Positions 13,101-18,532 of a stretch of DNA of 64,000 bases are shown piece after piece. The position numbers and the translations under genes were made by a program. The stretch's first letter is position 1; every line of letters starts with the position of its first letter. The notes under the pieces were generated by a model. That model ran no database searches. It saw only the letters and a list, made by a program, of their open reading frames with translations, and had not been told where the DNA came from. Source of the DNA: Candidatus Poseidoniales archaeon (lineage in GTDB: Archaea > Thermoplasmatota > Poseidoniia > Poseidoniales > Poseidoniaceae); assembly GCA_003602605.1 (NCBI GenBank), contig QQRW01000037.1:14718-78717 (forward strand), given 5' to 3'.

Positions 13101-14874
13101 CGATGTTCGAGAGGTCAGACAATGTTGTGAAGAAGGTTCGTGAACCTTCAACATATGAGGTGACATCGTGGTATGGGACGAAGTCTGAGGCAGGCGCATC
13201 AGCGTCAATTCCACCAGAGTATGTGATACTTAGGTAAGAGTTCGAACTTCCCCCGTTGGAGTGGTAAGCGCGAGTGTAACCAGTGTTACCCGGTACTTTG
13301 TATCCAATAGCAACGGTTGAACTGGTGTTCTGAGCATCGGTGATGTAACTTGCTTGAGTGCTTGTTGCACAGGTTGCGCTCGTCGAACAAATGTCAGCAG
13401 TCGTTGACGAGTAGTACACTGGAGTCACAGTATCAAAGGAATCACTGTTCCACATCGAAGCGATGAGTTTTCGTGCGTTACCGTTGTTGTACATTGTACT
13501 GGTAGACGCGTAAGCACTCGAGGCGAGAGTGTTCGAACAACCGTTGGTAGGAGCTGCCGGCATAGTCCAACTGCCGTATGGCATGCTGGAGGAGGTCGGA
13601 GAGCCACAGTCTTCCAGGACTGTTGCAGCAACTGAGTTTGTCGCAGTAGAACCGGTCTGGTAAGTCCACCTCTGGTAATGCGAAATCGATTCAACAACTG
13701 CTTGGTTAGGTAATTGGTTGGATGTGGTAAATGTAAACGAGTTGAATGGCAAGTAGTAGTTTACGTTCGCGTTCGTGCTCGACCAGGAATACTGTCCCTT
13801 TTGCAGGTAGGTGGTCGTTCGAGCCATGTAACATCGGTTTAGCACCTTGTAACAGTAACCACTGTTTACATTGGATACTTGGATGGTTGGGTCGATGGCC
13901 AGCGGGAATACGCGTTCATCGGCCATGATCCATTCCGACTCAACGAGAGTGGAGATGATAATCTGCGAATCTATGACTTGAATGAAGTATGTTGCCGTGT
14001 ATGGTTCAGCAGGATTGCCTTCTTCGACAACAACTGGAACTGGAATTTGTGCGAGTAATTTTCCGGTCTCTGTGTTTCGGATGTCAAGAGGTTCTTGAGT
14101 TTGGGTCATTTCTTCCCCAAGCATCGTTTCTCCAAGGAAAAGAGCAAATCCGGACGGAAGTTGCAGCATTTCCGAGAATCCAAACCATGCATCGGATTCT
14201 TTGAGGATTGGACGCTCATTGACGATTAGGTTCTGCTTGAGTTGGTTGCTCTGAACAGTGTAGTCGAGTGAAAATCCTTCAGCGACAGGATAGCGAACCA
14301 TGTTACCGCCTACTTGCACTTCATCGGTTGATGGAGCAGCGTCGTAGATCTCAGGTGTCGTCATCGTTTCATCAAGAGTAATCAACATAGGATTAATTCC
14401 CATGACGATTGGATCAACCGATGGATTGACTTGAATAGCAACACCGTTAGCTGTTTCAGGAGCGAAGTAGGTCGTGAATGAGTTTTCAGTCACTTCCCAA
14501 CCATTGGCAGTAGCGACTACATTGAGATCGATGTCTGCCCATTCTCCATTCTCGCCCACAAAGTGAACTGGCGAATCGTGCAGAAGCTGCACGAATTTGC
14601 CGTCCTCAAGGACGAAGGTCTTGCTCGTTTGGTCTCTCATGCCGATGAGTTCATCGGATGGTTCGTATTCGTATTCAATTCCTGTCTCTTTCGAAGTTGG
14701 CAAAGCGAGGAGGTCTTCCCCTGTTGTGTCGTTTATAGCAACAAACTCCACATCGCCTGCGTTGTTATCGACGAACCCAGCCATAGGCATGAGGGCCATC
14801 AATGCACACAACAACAGTGCTATGCCAATTCCGTTAAAGACAGATGTTTTCTTGGTATTCTTTATTCCCAACAT
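1102..14874 (-). CDS. Giant (~4590 aa) membrane-anchored mosaic surface adhesin
   Basis: A single uninterrupted ORF, with ATG at 14874 preceded by AGGTGA; the track start at 14883 is a GTG inside that SD. Elements read from the translation: N-terminal signal anchor (IGIALLLCALMALMPMAGF); Ser/Thr-rich tracts; several arrays of parallel beta-helix (PbH1-like) repeats, e.g. ISNNIFNDGG..ISNNVMNNGG..IGNTINTVTDGIYV..ITGNTINGAG (about nt 5540-5905); NIDO-like FIVEWRD..CTFQAVFYDVTNEIEYHY (about nt 11460-11580); cadherin-like VNDAPV motifs (about nt 2905-3320); a C-terminal TM anchor; then the pilin-like module listed separately. Confidence 0.85.
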   Translation of the reverse strand: MLGIKNTKKTSVFNGIGIALLLCALMALMPMAGFVDNNAGDVEFVAINDTTGEDLLALPTSKETGIEYEYEPSDELIGMRDQTSKTFVLEDGKFVQLLHDSPVHFVGENGEWADIDLNVVATANGWEVTENSFTTYFAPETANGVAIQVNPSVDPIVMGINPMLITLDETMTTPEIYDAAPSTDEVQVGGNMVRYPVAEGFSLDYTVQSNQLKQNLIVNERPILKESDAWFGFSEMLQLPSGFALFLGETMLGEEMTQTQEPLDIRNTETGKLLAQIPVPVVVEEGNPAEPYTATYFIQVIDSQIIISTLVESEWIMADERVFPLAIDPTIQVSNVNSGYCYKVLNRCYMARTTTYLQKGQYSWSSTNANVNYYLPFNSFTFTTSNQLPNQAVVESISHYQRWTYQTGSTATNSVAATVLEDCGSPTSSSMPYGSWTMPAAPTNGCSNTLASSAYASTSTMYNNGNARKLIASMWNSDSFDTVTPVYYSSTTADICSTSATCATSTQASYITDAQNTSSTVAIGYKVPGNTGYTRAYHSNGGSSNSYLSITYSGGIDADAPASDFVPYHDVTSYVEGSRTFFTTLSDLSNIDTTANNKPTLNYALNNGSFTSVSATSIGTCSTTDATCQFRASTPTISAGDYVEYYWKFQDLNSNPNVGYDPALSGAQTVPTPYNFTVAAVEDAGDDKKLTVLMTDVHASSSSSPRASQLIDRQFTHFDGNDEFYFEFDVSSCGTGSNQCFFTGTSYDAPNYYFYNNWMGQHATVAGSGSNGMGSSSTRSNTFEHMTNDGGYLTISADKGPGMNLLYLFDSGKNAFAMVGIGSSPSIDSKLSGGSQMDASYAYGNSPAYKITLGSDSAMSAAGQETYGGQMGLFSFGNATGGSGINANRLCVTTNGFVHFFRSPFASRDQCSGAYYYAGSYLSGGSLADERALPSYVWSGWAHAMGYYGSQAASGTQTYKIGGVAPVPDTFAPIADHSALSDSHSKDRTISVVLSDGGDPPSGLNVSTTAGVGPTLYYRITSTDGTTGSWTSELLTPEGSSTRAQCALAACTWSADLEDLERGDSVEYYLYAEDTSQDTSTVNTLTTSTETFSVGDPNKMFIVEWRDMQYTNNNFRCTFQAVFYDVTNEIEYHYDDACKNSYDATTVGFMDQTRTHGQTIRHSTSTSYINGANPHTNNYRITTDSTDGSWESFDRGMNPIVNGIETDIMGTSGGTPSGYYCASSYYFRTYGSQCADNIAMPNGFNFTYFGTDYNFTDSNDRINIERHGNMHFVSSGSTANVRAMTTWYGNMPKLPYSSNSAAPAGLIAPYWSYYGTYYCYQNTAVDCGVYYRTMPFEGKGTDITSDITSDTTWDVEDSPVRINPAGDYLSISADLTIEPGTVIQVGAGKGISFDGACDKMTINGNSTDHVLFEGIGGADWKGMAFTGACTTSTDNRHTFSYVDFKNTTDAAIAAGSRHGSSPISNANVGNFTMDHVTFTDVGAAFVHGSGQGTVVSMTEFSVDGTDDSCFDFAEDTVASLTEGTIANCNKDGGANNGAIVNVAGSTGGSLFLENTTITNAYVNLISVDLETVTISNVTATASTAQTGSALNSDAGAGAEVELFNFDATNYASVSIDAMGSIMMTDVDVGSASMNFFPGGSTTSSTTGAFGDNAVFDTVTAGNMMMRNLQPGTFDDVSVDDLKIEGDATNSDTVIINNLDVAHFEVTGCSGWNVQLNSMTAERVTSNGCSAAKNSVLIADSTIDHTSALDSAVYARYSDVTIGETTMTSTTAGTGSIYLAQADTNSNIRLIEVTQNGDDCADVNGGTGDCDVDVPSSSSEIWYGGLATVRTYRIALVNNVQTQIFKSGHTVTAAVTDSSSSELFEVGSHITDTATSNLGSASVWVITGDESGGNTYSNHNIRAFGPAGQNETMTSSSWYPTAGFTIGSTIDLLLEPAPVDFDQAGMDCAWMDAYVDPSNGAQLPTNGTTASGHTIFEFDGTPMTLSADLTLDGCVMILKGSSLKVKSTATSSPVLTLTNGGKVVATVSSDTGAIGAISAVSPSYGLHIDIVAGTLELDGGTLRDVAQDTTTDSALYIGSGATLKMTDGASIFGASANSDDMATVKVNGGTVNIADSSIVNTGQSGTALWVEASGGSIDNIVVKNAAVGIQSFNGAPQVDGFTSTDNTVGVDIYGGMSLPTIYRSTLLSGESTGWTTYKIDLSTFLGDDFLQVGMNSIYGGGNAHPRYNYATTKYYMITDRYNIELEDDNGNTWNITEADDLGYYPISAADPKSGTPGYATYAPGAVGGVPSLDCNTNGYAYGPNYPSNRIGYYYQIWQQWGGSNPGFPAYYESKPLEFGFDWENIEDVSPTGYYAYYPYHYWGAYYTTYHAMYNPIFYPPEGMQGSYNICYDRAYTYYMSPGQGARMTMPTIDISASNISKVSLYMDVLHNRADNYQDRLEIVARSGDNAALLGAYARESGTPLFKDGSITGADTGVSIGGSFAAGHIQDVTVTNPTDSGMEITGQTAATSDGLTVTGGDYGILVGNSASGSMDFMNIDFDSNTNAGIYYTKDLAGDLSGTVENSGTAFKYGTNTDNDVSFSGITISTNDVGVEAAGTGDFTFTDVTMGNTKDFVISSQSNIDFIEGTVDSTTVEVTGQGEFTRKRSMQVELLADTNAVSGATVTLLDADGAAAGSGTTNANGIAEGLNFVTAVVDSNGMTVPSLAGYEVMSVAEIDYFYTTSTNNKADFRYATQGVTLTDTSGNSATVPLTTQISERVCWYSTSAAYTTVTPCAGSFFTRGTRSYDDGNGGTLNEYAYASSLTINQQGNTIMMDVPYIQLKSNTPYNFNGSTILSTGAWDFYDTQRWYTSYPYGGEVYMNDAALYGVTVNDDNGGMYGIELGYYGSPITTLVANNTIFSNIAKIESQNGYTWGSSTQYLWEIEEFSVTNSTITHFKGYTDLNQAIQNTDMCMVLSGGEGSVVSNNVFNDCGVGVELTRSPYWNRHGSNVGVDNITISNNIFNDGGEIADIWLYRDGSSENALISNNVMNNGGAKVAAIGVYDGGHTGTMIIGNTINTVTDGIYVDNALDYRITGNTINGAGDAAYAAISSLEGYGDIDNNTIVDADGGIIVDSTTSPPAPVTSLCTISSSSYRYSASCSATLAAGKTLDINIATDSWGYEAGIQITKPDGTTDSFGRGTSSTFASNTQYTPLATYTAPGLYLLALTDSYGDGGTDVFMLEGGAAAGYNGPTIADNTISTSAGRTAPSAVGLVLEDCDGVSVNTARNTITLSDTAMEIDNCDVTDISSVITGSGDASTVGIDADDASGDSLTLSGTTISGFATGVEKTSGELTLTGDASISGDDYGAFVDDATVVAINAAVDGGATGTGLYVVDSDDVWVYPMNASGLVGMYVENTPFRWDGGTSTASTTLEVVESQGSIENMTWTTSSVQIDAGSNAYVTSIGNTIDENKLVVDSSATIDEANLFSMDSTHLNAAPTNEVAMMIKSTDGTRASYVSTTFQPEVMNVDGSNEDWVGGNALNPSGYAMPGLMSGDGTNDMLVTYIEGDDLYIGLTGEDLAASDVLIYLSVDGSGSSTGYNLGGSHELPFQANYVLWADSETSYDLYSYGFLGWGATSLSAASVDIASASGLTEISIPFSRIGGTPSQIDIIAIVQGESTADVSTVHPTQTIDALNTLQDFSEYITVELNHDDLLTGEINDEVLVYRSFKGSTTPSVAKNYDVLIKTEADCEYDWETETDLSLATNVAITLNMDRACPEIQSSLQDITVAEDSGAYTFSLTNMADDVQDLEADLTWTSAAGNLVAYDNVLVDWNQNGQTVTITPLDDQFGTLEYEFEVTDSNGLTDKKNISFEVTNVNDAPVICNVEDAGCMPIFSTDDNFDNILAEGFGTHTKDLGEVSNASKSYIRDMANEQSPVRQVYDWDASVDSSCIAFSVEVNTLNSLIITENTSNEKGGSCTVTLELSDDGNENTDAVPYTVDFSVAPVNDAPVITLQDVDGQNLLVSDAGSRANGEGEFITMTEDDTNVDNLTWDLLPLMNDIDHDVPADLTWTVEPTSQCAYTNYFTTAIVGTDLVFTLIPDATTNGYDWEVDYMNDNGIHQLRPAGQTFCAINLVLKDTATAPSHTPNYDTTVLNSAFTEQLAPYAQGQDDVVVYVTIDRVAENVADYSLDTTSGVNFNGITNIMTGTYVPVSVNIDAGGDEGPYTYDHMLAVTFHTDGHTEEETTRYYNVPDYGTTLTVEENIFMTKDTTKVEVSMDVLTCLNNPCDLTVSSSERFQSDDPESHRANNGGSQGALWSAPGQYGQNASQTSERRPMLEDSFWCNNRMTTLDLATAEANNDWGKCNEYASGSGSFGATGQNLPVVVRTIGASSVASFAPSIVVVSLTGLFVSALAFSSRRADDEEEVVENKLEDDEMAVSPVIATILMVAITVVLSGVIYVWASSLAETDVKGVPRVTFAIDDVNSFDVDEGHWRITVQASETDLATQAVEVRVFYVDANGEAQVKTTNLADTAGVYGFNPQNSDSMVTFVDQVNSEGDDKVSTFNTGDTIFVRTHDSDGTPLEDVTISLNYAPSAGQGAQLRTWSGLSYDVSA
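1105..1638 (-). other. In-frame archaeal type IV pilin-like module (class III signal-peptide-like helix + beta domain) at the extreme C-terminus of the giant adhesin
   Basis: An internal ATG at 1638 begins MAVSPVIATILMVAITVVLSGVIYVWASS.., followed by PRVTFAIDD..GHWRITVQASETDL..VEVRVFYVD (178 aa). This matches the remembered consensus of Pfam Pilin_N/DUF1628 and TIGR02537. It is preceded by TM anchor FAPSIVVVSLTGLFVSALAF (1699-1758), SSRR and an acidic linker (1639-1698). No stop codon separates them. Confidence 0.6.
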
Positions 14875-14923
14875 GTCATTCACCTATACGGATTGTATGC
14901 AAAGCATCCCACGCCTTGCTCCC

Positions 14924-14931
14924 CTTATAGG
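14924..14931 (-). promoter_or_regulatory. Candidate TATA box for the giant adhesin gene
   Basis: The minus strand reads ..CCAACTCCTATAAGGGG.. about 50 nt upstream of ATG 14874, leaving room for a ~25-nt leader that carries AGGTGA. Assignment rests on position and sequence only. Confidence 0.3.
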
Positions 14932-15067
14932 AGTTGGGGTGCAAAATGTTTGATTTCCACAGTTGAAAATGCTGTGCGTATCGAGTACTGAATGAGTTTA
15001 TCCAAGTTGAATGGTACAATCGATTTGTAAAAGTAACAGTTCGGAATTCTTGCAAAGAACATACCTG

Positions 15068-15115
15068 GATTATCCAAACAATTAGCTAGAAGATTATCCA
15101 AACAATTAGCTAGAA
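15068..15115. repeat. 24-bp perfect tandem direct repeat x2 (GATTATCCAAACAATTAGCTAGAA) plus a degenerate third start (GATCAAAACAAT)
   Basis: Read directly: copy 1 is 15068-15091 and copy 2 is 15092-15115. It lies between the 1012-aa gene terminator and the adhesin promoter, about 195-240 nt upstream of ATG 14874. Confidence 0.9.
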
Positions 15116-15191
15116 GATCAAAACAATATTCGGAACTTCATGAACACTAGACCTGAAGTTCGAACGGTGTTCAAAAGAGTAAAAGGAGGCC

Positions 15192-15217
15192 GAGAGGGCC
15201 GTCGAAACGGCCCTCTC
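15192..15217 (-). terminator. Perfect 11-bp stem / CGAA loop hairpin downstream of the 1012-aa gene, followed by T-rich sequence
   Basis: GAGAGGGCCGT-CGAA-ACGGCCCTCTC lies 54 nt after the stop at 15271. The minus strand continues ..CCTTTTACTCTTTT... A second small hairpin, TCCCTC-CCGTGA-GAGGGA, lies nearer the stop. Confidence 0.55.
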
Positions 15218-15270
15218 AGCGGCTCTTCCCTCCCGTGAGAGGGATGTTTCATTCATCAGCAAAGGAAGAA

Positions 15271-18200
15271 TCAGTAATCCCAGTCTTTGCCTTCGTCGCC
15301 TTCTCCACCACGGGAGAGGATGAATGCACCAACGATGAATGCGACCACGACGACGCCACCTATGACGCCCCATGTCCAAGTCGGGACTCCACCTTCAACA
15401 TCATCTCCAATGATTGTAGTACCGTCATCGGTGTTGGTGTTGTCAGAATCTCGTTGGTAATCGATACTGTTCATCGTACCTGCTGCCATTGAGTTGCCTA
15501 GGGCATCCACTGGTACTGCGGTGAAATGATACGTGTACGTACCTGCAGACCATGTCGAGATGTCGACATCGAGCGTGGTACCAGCTGCATCAAGACATGT
15601 CTCAGGCATGTTTGCAGCATCAAAGGTGCCACGTTGGTAGCAAACCTTCCAAGATGCGACATCGTCTTGTGCACCTGCTGCGGTCCATGAAACGGTCCAT
15701 GTGTTCTCAACTGCTGCAATTGTGAGGTCTGTTGCTGCTGCTCCACCATCAACTGCACTGTCTGCAACGACTGTGCCAGTTCCGACTGGGCTGCTGCATC
15801 CGACTTCATTACAAACGGCAACGGTAACGGTGTACTCTACACCGTGGGTCGTCGATTGTCCAGAGTATGGATAAGAGGTGTTACCTGCTCCAAGAGAAAT
15901 CTCGAATGCTGTGGTACAGTCTACGGTTTCACAAACAGTGACATCGATACTGTCTCCTGAGAGCATGGTTCCGTCGACGTCCCAGTTGATCTGAATTGCT
16001 CCACCCTTTGCGGCTGCTGCGTTGAATCCAGTGATACTTGCAGACGGTACCTCTGCTTGAGCGAGAGATCCACCCATGAGCACAAGTTGTCCGTTCGATA
16101 GAACCGGCGAGTTCGCTGGGAAAGTGTAGGAAAATTGCCCTGTAGTTGCATCAACATCGGTTGGAGCATCACTGAGCATTGTCCAAGATGCACCGTTCAC
16201 ATACCACAGTGATGTTGCACCTAAACTCTTATCGTATTGAATACTCATTGATTGTTGCAATACATCGTTTGCAGAGTAAGTCGTCGAAGGAGAATAGTCA
16301 ATGACACCTACTGAGTCGTATCGTCCAGTGAAACCTGGAAGTTCAAGATTTGTCAAAGCGTCTCCGTCTGTAGCGGTAACGGTGAATGGGGTTGTTCCCC
16401 AGTAAAGCAGGTCATAATTGAGTCCAAGTCCGCTTGTGGTCGAAGCGAAATTACTTCCATCGTTCCAAACTTGAAGCATCAATTCCTTCGATGCTTCGCC
16501 GCCGTTAGGGTCGTAAACGTTGACAGAGACCGGGAAGTTGGTCACATAATCTCCCTGTATGAGTACCGAGCAGACTGTGAGCATTGTTGTACGCTCGCAA
16601 CCTGGAAGCGCAACGCCGTTGAACATCCATTCAATTTCGATGTTTGAAGAACTTGGGTCGTCAACATCGAAGACTTGAACAGCCATCGAAATGAGGTCGT
16701 CCTGACCCATATACAGGTCATCTTCGTTCAACAAGTCCAATGCGATAATGAGTGGAGCATTGTTACGAACATATAGGCTCATACTCATATCATTGTTCGA
16801 TGGTTTTGCATCGGTCATCTTCGTATCTGGGATAAGCTCGGCAGCGAATGTGTATTCACCGTCCATGGACAATGAAACCATTGTGCATGCATAACCTGTC
16901 ATTGACATTCCTTGTCCAATTCCAAGAGGGGCATAGACTGGGTATGCAGGTTCAACTGCTTCACACGTGGTTGAATCAATGACATCAACGACTCCATCGA
17001 GAGGATCGGTAATCTGGAAGTTCACAGACCAATTGTATGTCGATTCAGCCTCGCTCCCACGATGCTCTACTTCGACGTGGAGGTATGAGGTACCAACGTT
17101 CAAGTCGCCACTGTCAGCGTTCGTGAAGAAAGTTGTACCTTGTCCGGTACCGTCAGCATTGTAGCCTTGAACTACGGTCAATTGAGAAATTCGAATGTCG
17201 TTAAAGATGCTCGCAAATCCGTCAATGGTGCTGGAATCAGTCGCAGGGTATGCGTCCCGAGTGAATGTTTCCTCGCAGAAGTTGTCGAAAGAGTTGTTGT
17301 CAGCATCAACGTAAACACAACTTGTCCACTGGTCGTATTGAATGTAATCAACGATGGAGGCTTTCAGGCCGTAAGACGCTGAGTCAACATTGTCGACATC
17401 CACTGTGAGACTGCCGGAAAGCGTCCATGTGGTGAGTACACTACGAGTGTCGGTTGTAATAGTAGAAGGTTCAGATGAAAGATTTTCGTAAACATCCACG
17501 GTTGTTGATGTTCCTGCGGTAAAGATGTTTGTACCGGAACTGTCGATAGTAGTACCGTCAGTGGTTTGAGCTGCACTTACTTCACCAGTTGTTTGAACGC
17601 GAATTCGAACATCACGCGGGTCGAAAGTATCCGAGCCTGTAGCGTTAACGGTGAGTGTCCAGTCCTTTGTTCCAGATCCACTTTCCATTTCGTTGCCACT
17701 GTCCCAAGTGAGTTCAACGCCAATGTCGTACCAGTCTTCGACTGACACGAATACTTGTTGGACATCGTTTCCAACGTCGTCATCCGGGTTTGCGTTGAGA
17801 ATCATTTCAACAACGTAAAGTCCCTTAACAGGCGTCCATGTAATCGGGTTTCCTGCAACAGACATGGTGTGCTTTCCGCCACCAAGGATGGCTCCAGCTG
17901 AAAGAGATTGGAAGTCACAGACAGAGACTGAAGCGCACATGACATCATTGTTCGTCCATGTGAGATCGTTACCAGAGGCGTCCTTAGCAAGGATGCTTGG
18001 GTTACCATTCGCATCAGAAAGCCATACATTTACGGTGTAGGCCATCTCGGTGATGTCTGCATCACCGCTGTTCTTGATGTAAGCGGAGAATGTTGTATCA
18101 TCGCCTACTTTCAATACATTTCGGCATTCTGCCCCAAGTGGGCAAACAGTTTCTTTTGGTGTGGTGATAGCAACCAAGTCTGCATCAGCGCCAGAACGGG

Positions 18201-18309
18201 CGCCTGTGTCTTCAATTACTTCATTATCTTCTAACTCGGCGAAGTCAAAACTTGAGAGAGCACTCACAAGCATCAACATGACGAGAATCATAGGGGTTAT
18301 TTTTCGCAT
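15271..18309 (-). CDS. Large secreted, C-terminally TM-anchored surface protein (CARDB-like and Fn3-like beta-sandwich domains)
   Basis: ATG at 18309 is preceded by GGAGGT. It has signal peptide MRKITPMILVMLMLVSALSSFDFAE and C-terminal anchor WGVIGGVVVVAFIVGAFILSRGGEGDEGKDWDY*. The sequence is acidic and Thr/Ser-rich, with CARDB-like (TFSAYIKNSGDADITEMAYTVNVWL) and Fn3-like C-terminal segments. Confidence 0.85.
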   Translation of the reverse strand: MRKITPMILVMLMLVSALSSFDFAELEDNEVIEDTGARSGADADLVAITTPKETVCPLGAECRNVLKVGDDTTFSAYIKNSGDADITEMAYTVNVWLSDANGNPSILAKDASGNDLTWTNNDVMCASVSVCDFQSLSAGAILGGGKHTMSVAGNPITWTPVKGLYVVEMILNANPDDDVGNDVQQVFVSVEDWYDIGVELTWDSGNEMESGSGTKDWTLTVNATGSDTFDPRDVRIRVQTTGEVSAAQTTDGTTIDSSGTNIFTAGTSTTVDVYENLSSEPSTITTDTRSVLTTWTLSGSLTVDVDNVDSASYGLKASIVDYIQYDQWTSCVYVDADNNSFDNFCEETFTRDAYPATDSSTIDGFASIFNDIRISQLTVVQGYNADGTGQGTTFFTNADSGDLNVGTSYLHVEVEHRGSEAESTYNWSVNFQITDPLDGVVDVIDSTTCEAVEPAYPVYAPLGIGQGMSMTGYACTMVSLSMDGEYTFAAELIPDTKMTDAKPSNNDMSMSLYVRNNAPLIIALDLLNEDDLYMGQDDLISMAVQVFDVDDPSSSNIEIEWMFNGVALPGCERTTMLTVCSVLIQGDYVTNFPVSVNVYDPNGGEASKELMLQVWNDGSNFASTTSGLGLNYDLLYWGTTPFTVTATDGDALTNLELPGFTGRYDSVGVIDYSPSTTYSANDVLQQSMSIQYDKSLGATSLWYVNGASWTMLSDAPTDVDATTGQFSYTFPANSPVLSNGQLVLMGGSLAQAEVPSASITGFNAAAAKGGAIQINWDVDGTMLSGDSIDVTVCETVDCTTAFEISLGAGNTSYPYSGQSTTHGVEYTVTVAVCNEVGCSSPVGTGTVVADSAVDGGAAATDLTIAAVENTWTVSWTAAGAQDDVASWKVCYQRGTFDAANMPETCLDAAGTTLDVDISTWSAGTYTYHFTAVPVDALGNSMAAGTMNSIDYQRDSDNTNTDDGTTIIGDDVEGGVPTWTWGVIGGVVVVAFIVGAFILSRGGEGDEGKDWDY

Positions 18310-18355
18310 ATCTATACCTCCGATGGTTCGGTAATACTCCCCACGGAAAGCGTCG

Positions 18356-18363
18356 TATTTATA
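18356..18363 (-). promoter_or_regulatory. Candidate TATA box (TATAAATA on minus strand) for the 1012-aa gene
   Basis: It lies 47-54 nt upstream of ATG 18309 in an AT-rich 223-nt intergenic region. A second palindromic TTTATAAA lies at 18389-18396. Confidence 0.35.
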
Positions 18364-18532
18364 CTATATGAGAACCAAAGCATGAGATATTTATAAAGAA
18401 ACGCACACAATTTTGGATTCGAAGCCTCGCAGTGACCCGAATTAGAATTAACTGGAGTGTGTTGTTTGTAGAACTGCCATTTTTAGGCTAAAAACGAACA
18501 TCTCAAACACCTGTTCGAACATATGTTATAAT

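Noticed and set aside
1066-14991. Dozens of plus-strand and alternate-frame ORFs (60-230 aa) overlapping the 13.8-kb adhesin gene, e.g. 1493..2185 and 10402..11046.
   Set aside because: All lie antisense to, or out of frame within, one uninterrupted 4.6-kaa ORF with recognisable domains. I recognise no motifs in them.
15068-15127. A CRISPR array, considered because of the tandem direct repeats.
   Set aside because: There are only two perfect 24-bp copies, directly adjacent with no spacers, and no cas genes in the window.
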